Shown here: positions 18,548 to 27,428 of the stretch, one piece after another | How the letters are laid out: every line of letters begins with the position of its first letter | Numbering within the stretch: the first letter of the stretch is position 1 | IMG/VR virus record: IMGVR_UViG_3300027770_000038 | Span: 1 to 64,000 of that record | Source: a virus | Taxonomy: Duplodnaviria > Caudoviricetes | Length of the DNA stretch: 64,000 bases | Reading direction: 5' to 3' (one strand) | Made by a program: the position numbers and the translations under genes | The notes under the pieces: generated by a model | What the model saw: only the letters and a program-made list of their open reading frames with translations | What the model was told of the DNA's origin: nothing | Databases searched by the model: none

Positions 18548-20755
18548 TTAGTTGAAGATTGACAGGATGGTTTTGTCTGTTTCAGGTTTATTTGCCCAGT
18601 CAAAGAAGCTAGTATCGACGAGCGAAAGTAACGGATATTTATTAAAGAAATTGTTTAAATTGTCAAATAGATTAACTTGCGTACCGGAAGAATAAGCTAA
18701 CAGAAATAAATTAACGCAATGAAGACTATTGAGAGCTTCATGAAGATTAATGAATGTTGTTTGCTTTCTGATGCTTATTATCTTTTCGTATTGTTTTAGG
18801 AAGTCTTGAATGTCTTGACTGTTAATAACTGTTTGAGAGTCCTTCTGGCGGCGAAATAATGCTACCGCTCCTCTTTGACAACAAGATGTCTCACTGCGAT
18901 TAGTTATTATGTAATTAATGAAATCATCTAACTGCCCTTTAGCCTTTAGGCCGTCAGCTACCGTCTTAATAATCCAATCTTTTAGTTCGATAAGATTAAT
19001 GTTGTTATTGATCTTCTTAGGAACTTCTTTAAAGCCGATAAAGTTTGCAGAGACATTAGCGAAACTACATATATCATTTAAACTTATAATCAAACGATCA
19101 AGCCCAACAGGCGGGTCAGAGACGTATTCAAATCGGTGAATCTTCATCCAAACGCCGGTATCGTTATTAAGGTCAACAACTACAGGATTCCAATGGCTAG
19201 AATTAGTATTGCATTTAATATTCTTGGTTAAATCTAAAGTAAAAGTATGCTTAAGATGTTTCTTGTTCCTAATAGAAGGAGTCTTAGCGCTGTGATTAAC
19301 AAGTCTAACAGGCACAGAAACCTCAATCTCAGAAAGCTTCTTGAAGATATAACCGTCAAGACCTCTCTTAGCTAAAGCTTTTTCCCAAAGCTCTTGATCT
19401 TGGACAGTAATGACATTAACAGTTTTATAGGACTTTTTGTTTACTATAACATCGATCATCCTCTTCTTGAGATATTTGCTTTCGCAATCATCAATGACAT
19501 TCAGGTGATCTTCTCCTGAAGATAGCTTAGTCTCTAAATAGAAGTTCACTCCTTTCCTAGAACGCCGCCCCGTAAAATAGTGCCTGATGACGGCGGGTTC
19601 ATGCCCGTCAGGCAGGTTCTCGTCTTGAGAAAAATGAAAATCTACATCAGGTTCAGAGACATCAAGCCCTTTCCAGTTACATTTTTTACCAAGGAAGCTA
19701 AAAGCATTACCGTGACTGAATAGATTACAAAAAGTCTCTTGAAAAAGTCTTTTGGCCTCAAAGATACTTGCAGCGTTTTCAATCTTGCCATTGATCTTTT
19801 CAATTAACTCAGAGAAGAAACCATCAAGCAGTTGAACAAGATTCTTCTTGGTGAAGTCAGTGTATTGAAGGTCTTCTCTAGAAGCAGAGACTTCAACAGT
19901 GCCAATATCAACATAAAAGATAAAATTATAAGCCAAAGACGGTGCGTAGCAATCTCTACCAACCTTTTCAGAGAATAAATTCTTAATCTCTTGAGACATT
20001 ATACTGCTATTGAAGGGATAAGCGACATTGCCCATAACGACCACTGATGGGAATGAGGTAGCGGAATACTGCTTATGAGAGAAATACTTCCAGTTGGTTC
20101 CCTCAATAGTAGCATTGCCAAGAGAGATTTCAGAAGCCTCAATCCCTCTGACCTCTACTTTGCTGCTCCAGAACTTGAAGAAATTCTTGATCTTCTCAGT
20201 AAAATCATAAATGTCTGCATACTTAACAGGAACGCAAATCTCAACGCCATTAGGCTCACTAGTCTCTTCCTCGTTCATCTTAGCGATCATGCCAATCTGA
20301 GAAGGATCAATGTAAGCATTGTAAGTGAACTTCTTACCGTTAACGTAAGAGTCGATGACGAAGTTGTCGCCATAAGCAAAAGCAGACTTGGAGCCAAGGC
20401 CAAGTTGCCCGATTAACTTATTAGACTTGCGTTTGGTAGATTCGCCATAGTTTGCATAAATGTCACGAATCTCTTCTTCGTTCAGACCATTGCCAAAGTC
20501 CCGTACCCTGAAGGTAGGGTCAAAAGAATTTGGGGCGGTGATGACGATTGCTTGGTCTTCTTTGCCAGCCTCGACGTTGGCATCGACAGCATTGGCGGAA
20601 TACTCTCTGACGACCGCAAGGATCTTGTCAGAATAGAGTTGGTTGCGTAAAACCCCAAAGATATGGGCTAGACCGTCCTGCTTGATGCCGAAAGATACGG
20701 ACTTGAAGTTTTCCGACAGCATCACAGAATTCTCGTTTTTCGGAGCAATTTGCAT
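18548..20755 (-). CDS. rIIA-like protein (GHKL ATPase N-terminus)
   Basis: LYSDKILAVVREYSANAVDA, RDFGNGL, YGESTK, G.LGLGSKSAFAY. Confidence 0.88.
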   Translation of the reverse strand: MQIAPKNENSVMLSENFKSVSFGIKQDGLAHIFGVLRNQLYSDKILAVVREYSANAVDANVEAGKEDQAIVITAPNSFDPTFRVRDFGNGLNEEEIRDIYANYGESTKRKSNKLIGQLGLGSKSAFAYGDNFVIDSYVNGKKFTYNAYIDPSQIGMIAKMNEEETSEPNGVEICVPVKYADIYDFTEKIKNFFKFWSSKVEVRGIEASEISLGNATIEGTNWKYFSHKQYSATSFPSVVVMGNVAYPFNSSIMSQEIKNLFSEKVGRDCYAPSLAYNFIFYVDIGTVEVSASREDLQYTDFTKKNLVQLLDGFFSELIEKINGKIENAASIFEAKRLFQETFCNLFSHGNAFSFLGKKCNWKGLDVSEPDVDFHFSQDENLPDGHEPAVIRHYFTGRRSRKGVNFYLETKLSSGEDHLNVIDDCESKYLKKRMIDVIVNKKSYKTVNVITVQDQELWEKALAKRGLDGYIFKKLSEIEVSVPVRLVNHSAKTPSIRNKKHLKHTFTLDLTKNIKCNTNSSHWNPVVVDLNNDTGVWMKIHRFEYVSDPPVGLDRLIISLNDICSFANVSANFIGFKEVPKKINNNINLIELKDWIIKTVADGLKAKGQLDDFINYIITNRSETSCCQRGAVALFRRQKDSQTVINSQDIQDFLKQYEKIISIRKQTTFINLHEALNSLHCVNLFLLAYSSGTQVNLFDNLNNFFNKYPLLSLVDTSFFDWANKPETDKTILSIFN

Positions 20756-20789
20756 GATTTACAAGTGTTGAGTTCCTACCGACAGGGAT

Positions 20790-20818
20790 ACCTTAGTCTA
20801 GGCAAAAGCGAAGCGCAA
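20790..20818 (-). promoter_or_regulatory. sigma70-type promoter for rIIA
   Basis: TTGCGC-17 nt-TAAGGT on the minus strand. Confidence 0.45.
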
Positions 20819-20833
20819 GGGATTTTCGAAAAT

Positions 20834-21034
20834 TTATTTCTCCGACAAGGCAAGTATCTGGTCAAGGCTTTCTTTGACTCTTATGCCTTGAGAGTTGCTC
20901 TTGGTATAGATTATGCTATGGACCTTGCTGGGCTCAATGGAGACCACTGCGTCCAAGTTAATGAGAGCAGGAATATAATCTTTTTTGTTGTCGTGAGTAA
21001 GGTCGAGCAAGTGGAGCTTGATTAAGTGGGCCAT
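20834..21034 (-). CDS. small FlbD-like phage protein
   Basis: LINLD.V.SIEP..........VKESLDQI pattern. Confidence 0.55.
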   Translation of the reverse strand: MAHLIKLHLLDLTHDNKKDYIPALINLDAVVSIEPSKVHSIIYTKSNSQGIRVKESLDQILALSEK

Positions 21035-21035
21035 G

Positions 21036-21374
21036 TCAATTATTAATTGTTAGTAATTTTTGGTAACCGTCTTCGACTGTCGAGAAAAAGTTCTTCTGAA
21101 GGTAAAGACCTTCTACTGTCTTGCCCTTGTCTTCTAAAGTCAAGAGATTAAATTGCTCTATCGTGAAATCTCCCTCTGAATTCTCTTCGTAATTGGCGAA
21201 CATTACATTAAAATACTTTTCACTCAAATAATCTTCAGCGTCTTTAAATTCACCAGAGATGTAAAACGTGGAGGTTTCATCCCATGTGCCATCTTTTCGT
21301 AGACAAACGCAGATCTTTGTGTTATTTTCGTCTACTTTGCCACGAAATAAGAAGGCATTTATTTTTTCTATCAT
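21036..21374 (-). CDS. hypothetical protein
   Basis: 112-aa ORF. Confidence 0.55.
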   Translation of the reverse strand: MIEKINAFLFRGKVDENNTKICVCLRKDGTWDETSTFYISGEFKDAEDYLSEKYFNVMFANYEENSEGDFTIEQFNLLTLEDKGKTVEGLYLQKNFFSTVEDGYQKLLTINN

Positions 21375-21385
21375 AAAAATTAGGG

Positions 21386-21456
21386 AGCGAGTAGGTTGAA
21401 TCGAACATCCATGTCGAATTTGGAAAAATCGCGCTTTACCATTAAGCTATACTCGC
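21386..21456 (-). tRNA. tRNA-Gly(UCC), no encoded CCA
   Basis: GCGAGTA/TACTCGC acceptor, D-arm GCTT/AAGC, anticodon loop TT-TCC-AA, TTCGATT T-loop, U73; one mismatch each in anticodon and T stems. Confidence 0.85.
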
Positions 21457-21532
21457 ATTAAAAACGTTTTACCAACAAACTAATATCCCAATAAAGCGGT
21501 TTTAAGGTTGACCGCAAACCTTTGTTCCTATT

Positions 21533-22228
21533 TCAGAAATTCCATCTAATCCCGCCCATTGCCATCACAGCGCCATTTAGCTCCTTGACAGCAAAGTTAT
21601 AATTCTTTACGCTGAAATTGTTGTCATAATAACCAACTTCGGCAAAAGGCTCAAGATGATTGAAAAATACTCTTGACACGCCAACCTTTGCAGAAACAGT
21701 CTCGTAATCAGAGAACTTGCCGTACTCAAGAACAGGAGTAATTGTAAACCAACCGAATGCATCAGTAGGACGCTTCAAGCCGACGATGTAACCGCTCTGC
21801 TCAAGGTTGAGATCGTAGCTACCCTTGAGATAAGGAGTGACAACGACATTCTCTAAGGCTACGATTGCGGCAACTTCAGTTGAATTTGGAGCATTTGGAA
21901 TCGCGGTCTGGTGGCGAAACGCTTGAGCGTCAGCGCGGAGAGTGAGCCCCTCAATCAGCTTAAATCCCCTGCCAAGGCCAGCCATCCAGTGAGATTCATC
22001 TAGTCCATTAGAAGTAGGAATAATCGTACCTCCGAGATAGGCATCAATCGTGTGATAAGTTGTGCCTAGGTTCACTCCAGCAAAAGCCTGTGCGTCAGTA
22101 CGAGCAAGGCCATTTACCATGTAGTGGGTGGTATAACCAGCCTCTGTACTCGCTTTTAGATTTTCGGCAGAAGCCTTAGTTGCGAATAGTGAGACGATCA
22201 ACGACAATAACGTTAGAATTCTTTTCAT
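21533..22228 (-). CDS. outer-membrane beta-barrel protein (TorF/gcw_chp-like)
   Basis: signal peptide ending ASA, amphipathic beta strands, C-terminal GGIRWNF (terminal Phe BAM-type signal). Confidence 0.75.
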   Translation of the reverse strand: MKRILTLLSLIVSLFATKASAENLKASTEAGYTTHYMVNGLARTDAQAFAGVNLGTTYHTIDAYLGGTIIPTSNGLDESHWMAGLGRGFKLIEGLTLRADAQAFRHQTAIPNAPNSTEVAAIVALENVVVTPYLKGSYDLNLEQSGYIVGLKRPTDAFGWFTITPVLEYGKFSDYETVSAKVGVSRVFFNHLEPFAEVGYYDNNFSVKNYNFAVKELNGAVMAMGGIRWNF

Positions 22229-22269
22229 AACACCTTATTTTATGCGAGGGATCAAGCTTTATCAAAAGT

Positions 22270-22554
22270 TTATTCGTACCCTTCCATCTCAAAACAACCA
22301 AACCCTGCTTGATGCTCAAAAGTAAGGAGTCCGCACCTCTTGCTGCGAAGATTAGTGCAGACTCCATAGTCTAAATTTAAGTCTTTACTTACTTTGTCAT
22401 ACAGGGGAATAAAATGCTTGCAGCCGACACTGCAATCAAGGTAAAGATAATTGCCATCTGCCCTTGTTATTTTCCCCCCATATTCAGCGTAATCAGTATC
22501 TAATACTTTACAAAAGTCAAAAAGGTTGATTTGATTCTGCTTCTTTTTCTTCAT
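22270..22554 (-). CDS. Cys-rich small protein (DUF3027-like)
   Basis: CSVGCKHF.PL...YGVC.N.....G.LTFEH..GC. Confidence 0.55.
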   Translation of the reverse strand: MKKKKQNQINLFDFCKVLDTDYAEYGGKITRADGNYLYLDCSVGCKHFIPLYDKVSKDLNLDYGVCTNLRSKRCGLLTFEHQAGFGCFEMEGYE

Positions 22555-23479
22555 AACGCTTCAGGTAATCTTGGCCTTTACCTGTAAGCATTCTACCCTT
22601 TTCTGCAATTTGTATCAGATTATTTCTCAATAACCAAGTTTCAAAATCTTTCTGCAAACTGGAACGAGTCATTCCAATAATCGCAGAGAGATTGGTGAGA
22701 GTCATTTCTGGTTTGATTTTAAGAGTTTGCAAGATTCTCAATTCAATTTGATTCAGCCCCAGAGGCAAGATAGTAAGCTTATCTTTTAGAAGCTGCCAGT
22801 CTTCATTAGTAAAGATTCTTTCTTGCTTGGTTTTGAGATAAGAATCAATCTTGTTAGCCATGACTTGCGCCTGTCGAGCGTTGCCTCTGAGACAAGAAGA
22901 GATATCATGTAAAGAGTCTTCATCAAAAACACAATTCACGCTTCTCTTTATTATTTGAGACAGGTCATTGTGAGAATACTCTTGAAGTTCAACTCTTTCA
23001 AGACGATCAAGGAGAGCATGGAAAATTAACTGAGGCTCAGTTGTGCAGAATAAGAAGCTTTGGACAGAGAAGTCAAAATCAACAGAATAGTCAGGAAGAT
23101 TGAGTGTATTCTTATTAACCGGATTAGGATTAAAGAGACTCAAGAAATTAATCTGAAGAGTCTTGGGAAGTTCACTAGCTTCATCAAAAAGGATAGTGAC
23201 TTCCTTGTTCGCTATCGCAGGAACATAAATATCATTAAAGAAACTTTCGGATGAACCAATAGTTGCACAGTTAATCTCAATAAGAGGCTTGCACTTAGAC
23301 TTATCTGCCTTAAGTAGGTTTCTTGCATACTGCTTTGCAATTGTAGTCTTGCCAGATCCTCGCGGAGCGACAAAAAGGAAATTAGGGGAAATCTGACTCT
23401 TGTCGTAAATATCAAGATAAAAATCTAACTTATTCTTAACTGCTTCCTGACCAATGATTGAATCAAAACGATTGTTCAT
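22517..23479 (-). CDS. RuvB-like AAA+ ATPase
   Basis: F..IIGQE, Walker A PRGSGKTT, Walker B LFDE, CTTE, LLDR, RGNAR, C-terminal wHTH with E.WL...GR.LT. Confidence 0.82.
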   Translation of the reverse strand: MNNRFDSIIGQEAVKNKLDFYLDIYDKSQISPNFLFVAPRGSGKTTIAKQYARNLLKADKSKCKPLIEINCATIGSSESFFNDIYVPAIANKEVTILFDEASELPKTLQINFLSLFNPNPVNKNTLNLPDYSVDFDFSVQSFLFCTTEPQLIFHALLDRLERVELQEYSHNDLSQIIKRSVNCVFDEDSLHDISSCLRGNARQAQVMANKIDSYLKTKQERIFTNEDWQLLKDKLTILPLGLNQIELRILQTLKIKPEMTLTNLSAIIGMTRSSLQKDFETWLLRNNLIQIAEKGRMLTGKGQDYLKRYEEKEAESNQPF

Positions 23480-23480
23480 A

Positions 23481-23720
23481 TTAAAATTCTTCTGAGATTG
23501 AGAAAGAAACGACTGGCTTTGCAGGATTCTCCTGCTTGGGAGGAGTTGTGGTTTGATGTGGGTTTTCTCCCTCGTCGATCAGGTTCACCTGTTTGGCGAA
23601 CTTGACGCTGATTGGGATCTTCGCAGCATCGGTCATCTTCTCGCGAAGCTGCAAAATGCTAACGAATACAAGGTTTTTGCCGCCAGTAGGACGGCCTCTG
23701 GTCTTCAAGAGTTCACTCAT
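23481..23720 (-). CDS. small putative DNA-binding protein (RGRP motif)
   Basis: KTRGRPTG N-terminus; has its own promoter. Confidence 0.55.
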   Translation of the reverse strand: MSELLKTRGRPTGGKNLVFVSILQLREKMTDAAKIPISVKFAKQVNLIDEGENPHQTTTPPKQENPAKPVVSFSISEEF

Positions 23721-23728
23721 CGGCGGAC

Positions 23729-23757
23729 AGACTAGATCAAGAGTTCCGAAAGGTCAA
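23729..23757 (-). promoter_or_regulatory. sigma70-type promoter, near-leaderless
   Basis: TTGACC-17 nt-TAGTCT, 8 nt before the ATG at 23720. Confidence 0.65.
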
Positions 23758-23766
23758 GGGATAGAT

Positions 23767-23994
23767 TTAGAAAATCTTTCCAAATCTTATCTGCTCGTTT
23801 TTCCCGCAGATCAAGACCTCCAAACCAAAGACCGTGGTCCTGCTATCATTAGTATTGTTTACTAAATGAGCCTCCAAGTCTTTCTCAAATTCTTCAAGAA
23901 GATGAGAAGGAATAATTACAGCATTAAAATACTCGCCGAGTTTGTATCCTCTGCTTTGAGCTTCTTGAATCGATTGTTGAATTTTTTGTAACAT
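23767..23994 (-). CDS. hypothetical protein
   Basis: 75-aa ORF. Confidence 0.5.
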   Translation of the reverse strand: MLQKIQQSIQEAQSRGYKLGEYFNAVIIPSHLLEEFEKDLEAHLVNNTNDSRTTVFGLEVLICGKNEQIRFGKIF

Positions 23995-23995
23995 A

Positions 23996-24598
23996 TTAGT
24001 AAAGGAACCACTGCCAATCTCTGTGCTTGCTCTCTATATTAATGATAAATGGATGAGAATTGGGTTTCTTGGGTTTTTTAATTAACGCCATTTCAAATTC
24101 TTCAAGAGTTTTATTAGATTTTAAACTATTGATTTTGATATCGCAAGCTACCATGTTTTCCCAAGTGTTCTTGCCGTTCCTTGAGACAGGTATCAGGTGA
24201 TCTATATTTGCCTCGTCCTTCGACAATCTTCGGCCTGTATACTGGCAGGTCCAGTTGTCTCTTTCAAGGATTGCTCTTTTGGTTAATTTAGTATGGTAGA
24301 TTGGAACTTTCGAGAAGTTCTTGCTGATAACGACTGTGGGAATTCGAAACGTCTGATAAGGAGAGGAGATTGAATAATCGAAAGACCGAACTGGCAAAGT
24401 CTCCCAAACTTCCCACGAAACTGGCCTGTAATCTGGGCTTTCAAAATCATATTCTCCATCCACTAAAGGATAATTAACATCCATAGCAGAGTATGTGCCT
24501 TTGAATACTTTGCTGATAGCGGTTTCAATGCCTTCAGTTCCAATGCCCATCCAGTTTTTATTTAATTTTAGACAGGTTAGATTTTCAATGGCGAACAT
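23996..24598 (-). CDS. HNH endonuclease (McrA/HNH_5-like)
   Basis: IPTVV, AILERD.WTCQYTG, NIDHLIPVSR.GK.TWEN.V.C...N..K. Confidence 0.88.
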   Translation of the reverse strand: MFAIENLTCLKLNKNWMGIGTEGIETAISKVFKGTYSAMDVNYPLVDGEYDFESPDYRPVSWEVWETLPVRSFDYSISSPYQTFRIPTVVISKNFSKVPIYHTKLTKRAILERDNWTCQYTGRRLSKDEANIDHLIPVSRNGKNTWENMVACDIKINSLKSNKTLEEFEMALIKKPKKPNSHPFIINIESKHRDWQWFLY

Positions 24599-24601
24599 AA
24601 C

Positions 24602-25024
24602 TTATTTATACTCTTCGAATGTATTCTCTCCGTTTGAATCAATGGAGTAAAATATTTTCTTGGGATTTAAAAATTTAATCAGATTTTGACAAGAAGTACA
24701 AGGCTTAGAATTTCTAATCTCTCCGTTTCGGTCTATCCTTGTGGTTACTAAATTTGTCTTAGAGAAGTCAATGTTAGTGAGATTCTTGAACTTTATGAAA
24801 GCATTCAACTCGGAGCAAGTATATTTGTCTGATATTTGCTCTCCGTTAGTGCCTGTTTTGGGGTTTCTGCGATTGGTAGGATTGCTTTTTTTAGAGTTCT
24901 TGCCAATAGTAATTATACGATTCTTATGAAAGATGAATGAAAAGTGTTGGCATTTCAAGTCAGAATCAAGTTCGTGCAAAGCCTTGGTGAGGCTAATGCA
25001 CTTTTCCAAATTCGCCATTTTCAC
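24602..25024 (-). CDS. Zn-dependent cytidine/dCMP-deaminase-fold protein
   Basis: II.IGKN, CSELNA (HAE variant), SKPCTSC. Confidence 0.7.
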   Translation of the reverse strand: MKMANLEKCISLTKALHELDSDLKCQHFSFIFHKNRIITIGKNSKKSNPTNRRNPKTGTNGEQISDKYTCSELNAFIKFKNLTNIDFSKTNLVTTRIDRNGEIRNSKPCTSCQNLIKFLNPKKIFYSIDSNGENTFEEYK

Positions 25025-25357
25025 AAACTTTTATTCTCTGCTTTTTTTATGACTTCTTTTATGAAGGAAACGTAAAAAGCGTCTTCTTTCTTAGAGATTT
25101 TCATCTCGTCGATCATGTCTTTCTTCCATTTGGGAAGCTCTTTGTAAAGTTCGTCCCAAGCTTTAGAGTATTCGTTATCAATCTTTTTTGATTTTGACAT
25201 AGTCTTCTTCGATGCACTGCTTAAGTAATTTCAAATAATGAGTAAAAAATGATTCTCCAATCTTAGAAGGGTCGTTAATCTTATCTTGACGATCTTTCTC
25301 ATAACTGGCTTCGATCAACTGCTGGACTAGTTTTAGAGAGTTTTCCATATATTTGAA

Positions 25358-25387
25358 ATATTATCGGGCAAAATTAGGAGTTGTCAA
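25358..25387 (-). promoter_or_regulatory. sigma70-type promoter
   Basis: TTGACA-18 nt-TAATAT just upstream of a small ORF with ATG at 25348. Confidence 0.55.
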
Positions 25388-25394
25388 CTTTTTT

Positions 25395-26351
25395 TTACTT
25401 GGTCCACTTTAATTCTTTCAAAAGCTCGTCTATTAGATCTTTTTCTTGTTTGTCTAAGTCTTTTTCAAATTTATCTAAAATTTGATTTAAAGAATAAACT
25501 TTGTTTGGCGTTTCTTTTTGCTTGACTTTGAATTCTTGGATGACATCAACAATTTTAACTAAGGGAGATTTGTATTCGTCAACATTATCTTTATGAGTGA
25601 ACTTTGCAATATCAAAAGCTTTGGGAGTCAACACTTTTATTAAAGCGACAAATGCAGATCCAATCATATCAAAGATAGAAAATGCAGCGGCAGCAACTGG
25701 GTTTACCATAGCGAGGACTCTCAACACAAGAAAAATAACTCCAAAAACAATAATAATTGTGATTGCACTCATGAAAAACTTTTTTAATCCCCAAAATACA
25801 GCATTAAGGCCGAACATCCCGCTCATTGAATCTAACACTGCTTTATTTTGATCTGCTTCTTTGGCGACCTCTTTAGATTTGTCGGTCAATTCCCAAAGTT
25901 GATCATCGTATTGTTCGTTTAACTCTACTTTTTCTTTTTGTAATTTATTAATTAGCTCGTCTCTTTTAAGGAGTAATTCTTGCCCTTTCTTACGTTCTTC
26001 TTCTACTGCGGAATTTAATAAATCGACTGTTGCTTTGATTCTATTTATCTCGTCTATATGAGGCGAGCCAACAATAGAAACTACTCTTTCGTTTAAAGAC
26101 TTCGCCGTATCAACTTGAATTGGCGGATTGGTTACTTGATTAAGAGAGTATTGGATACCTTGCGCCAACGCAGAGGTTTGAATTTTTTTGCCTTTGTCGT
26201 TCTTTTCTATATCTACAAGAGTGTTATCTACTTTCTTCTCTTCTTTGGCAATGATCTTTTGATTGTCATCTATCTGCTTAGAAGGCTTAATTGTAGAGAA
26301 GCATCCAGTTAGTATTAACAGGATGAAAGGCAGGAACAGAAGCTTCTTCAT
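25395..26351 (-). CDS. lipoprotein with coiled coil and C-terminal transmembrane helices (u-spanin-like topology)
   Basis: lipobox LTGC; long coiled-coil segment; hydrophobic FFMSAITIIIVFGVIFLVLRVLAMV and a second hydrophobic stretch. Confidence 0.6.
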   Translation of the reverse strand: MKKLLFLPFILLILTGCFSTIKPSKQIDDNQKIIAKEEKKVDNTLVDIEKNDKGKKIQTSALAQGIQYSLNQVTNPPIQVDTAKSLNERVVSIVGSPHIDEINRIKATVDLLNSAVEEERKKGQELLLKRDELINKLQKEKVELNEQYDDQLWELTDKSKEVAKEADQNKAVLDSMSGMFGLNAVFWGLKKFFMSAITIIIVFGVIFLVLRVLAMVNPVAAAAFSIFDMIGSAFVALIKVLTPKAFDIAKFTHKDNVDEYKSPLVKIVDVIQEFKVKQKETPNKVYSLNQILDKFEKDLDKQEKDLIDELLKELKWTK

Positions 26352-26365
26352 GCCTATGATTACAC

Positions 26366-26388
26366 AAAAAAGCCGCCTTTCGGCGGCG
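26366..26388 (-). terminator. intrinsic terminator
   Basis: GCCGCC-gaaa-GGCGGC followed by TTTTT on the minus strand. Confidence 0.8.
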
Positions 26389-26398
26389 TGAGTGTTTT

Positions 26399-26650
26399 TT
26401 AATCTGGTCTAGTAGGGTATAAGCCTTCGGTACAAATTATATATTTTAAATTTGTTCCCTCTACTATCGGGGTTTTATTTAAATTAGGAAGGCAGAATGT
26501 AATTCTTCCATCTCCTCCATATTGAGTGCCTACAATAGAAAACAATGCAGTGTATTGCTGAATTGATAAAGTTTGACCATCGCAGTACATATAGTCTTTT
26601 GGACAAAAAGTTCCTGCGAATAGTTTAATATTTCCCATGTATTCTTCCAT
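26399..26650 (-). CDS. stand-alone phage tail collar domain protein
   Basis: G.I.LFAG.F.P..Y..CDGQ.L.I.QY.ALFSI.GT.YGGDG..TF.LP.L; YIIC..G.YP.R. Confidence 0.88.
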   Translation of the reverse strand: MEEYMGNIKLFAGTFCPKDYMYCDGQTLSIQQYTALFSIVGTQYGGDGRITFCLPNLNKTPIVEGTNLKYIICTEGLYPTRPD

Positions 26651-26660
26651 AGATTATTTA

Positions 26661-27167
26661 TTACACTAATTTAAAAATATTGCTAGGTTTTCCTCTACTA
26701 TTTTTCTTTTCACCCACTTTTTTAATAGTATTGCCGATGACCATTTCTTTAACTTTAAGATAAAGTTTATGATAAGGAATTTTATTTGTAACAAGTAGAT
26801 CCTTCATGGAGAATTCTCCATTTGGAATCTTTAACTCCACTTGAGTAGTCTCGACTTGTTCTTGCTTGTCGGCTAACATTTCTTTATGCCTGTTAATGGC
26901 GACATCCAGAGAAATGCAGTCAAAACCAATCCTGCCAAAAGAATTACTGTGAGGATAGACCCACTTAGCCTCAATAATATTGCCATGAAGCACAAACTGA
27001 TCTTGCCTCTTAGGCTTAACTAATTCATACTTTTTGGTTTTAGTAGCTTCTTTCATTTTCTCATAAATCATCCAGCCTCCTTCAAGCTCATTTATGAACT
27101 TAAATAGGTAGTGTTTATAAGTGAATTCTTTTGGGACCAAGAGATAACCGTCTTTATCTTTTTCCAT
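26661..27167 (-). CDS. hypothetical protein with C-terminal wHTH-like segment
   Basis: FSMKDL...KKNSRGKPSNIFKL. Confidence 0.55.
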   Translation of the reverse strand: MEKDKDGYLLVPKEFTYKHYLFKFINELEGGWMIYEKMKEATKTKKYELVKPKRQDQFVLHGNIIEAKWVYPHSNSFGRIGFDCISLDVAINRHKEMLADKQEQVETTQVELKIPNGEFSMKDLLVTNKIPYHKLYLKVKEMVIGNTIKKVGEKKNSRGKPSNIFKLV

Positions 27168-27390
27168 TTTTTCTGTATACTTTGTTATATTTAGTAATTA
27201 TCTGCTTTAAGAGATTGCTTTCTTTGGAGATTACTACATATTCGTTTTCGACTAGATGTAGGAGGTCTCCTGCTTGAAAGTTGTCACCCATTTTTGGTTG
27301 GTGATACTTTGGAAGTTCTTTTTCTTTGAGTTCTATGATGTTTATTGGTCTGTTCATGATGCGCTGGCTTATTCCAGCTAATTTCATCAT
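27154..27390 (-). CDS. hypothetical protein
   Basis: 78-aa ORF. Confidence 0.45.
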   Translation of the reverse strand: MMKLAGISQRIMNRPINIIELKEKELPKYHQPKMGDNFQAGDLLHLVENEYVVISKESNLLKQIITKYNKVYRKNGKR

Positions 27391-27428
27391 AATTGGTTTT
27401 GAATCGTTTGCTAAAACAATTTCTAGGT

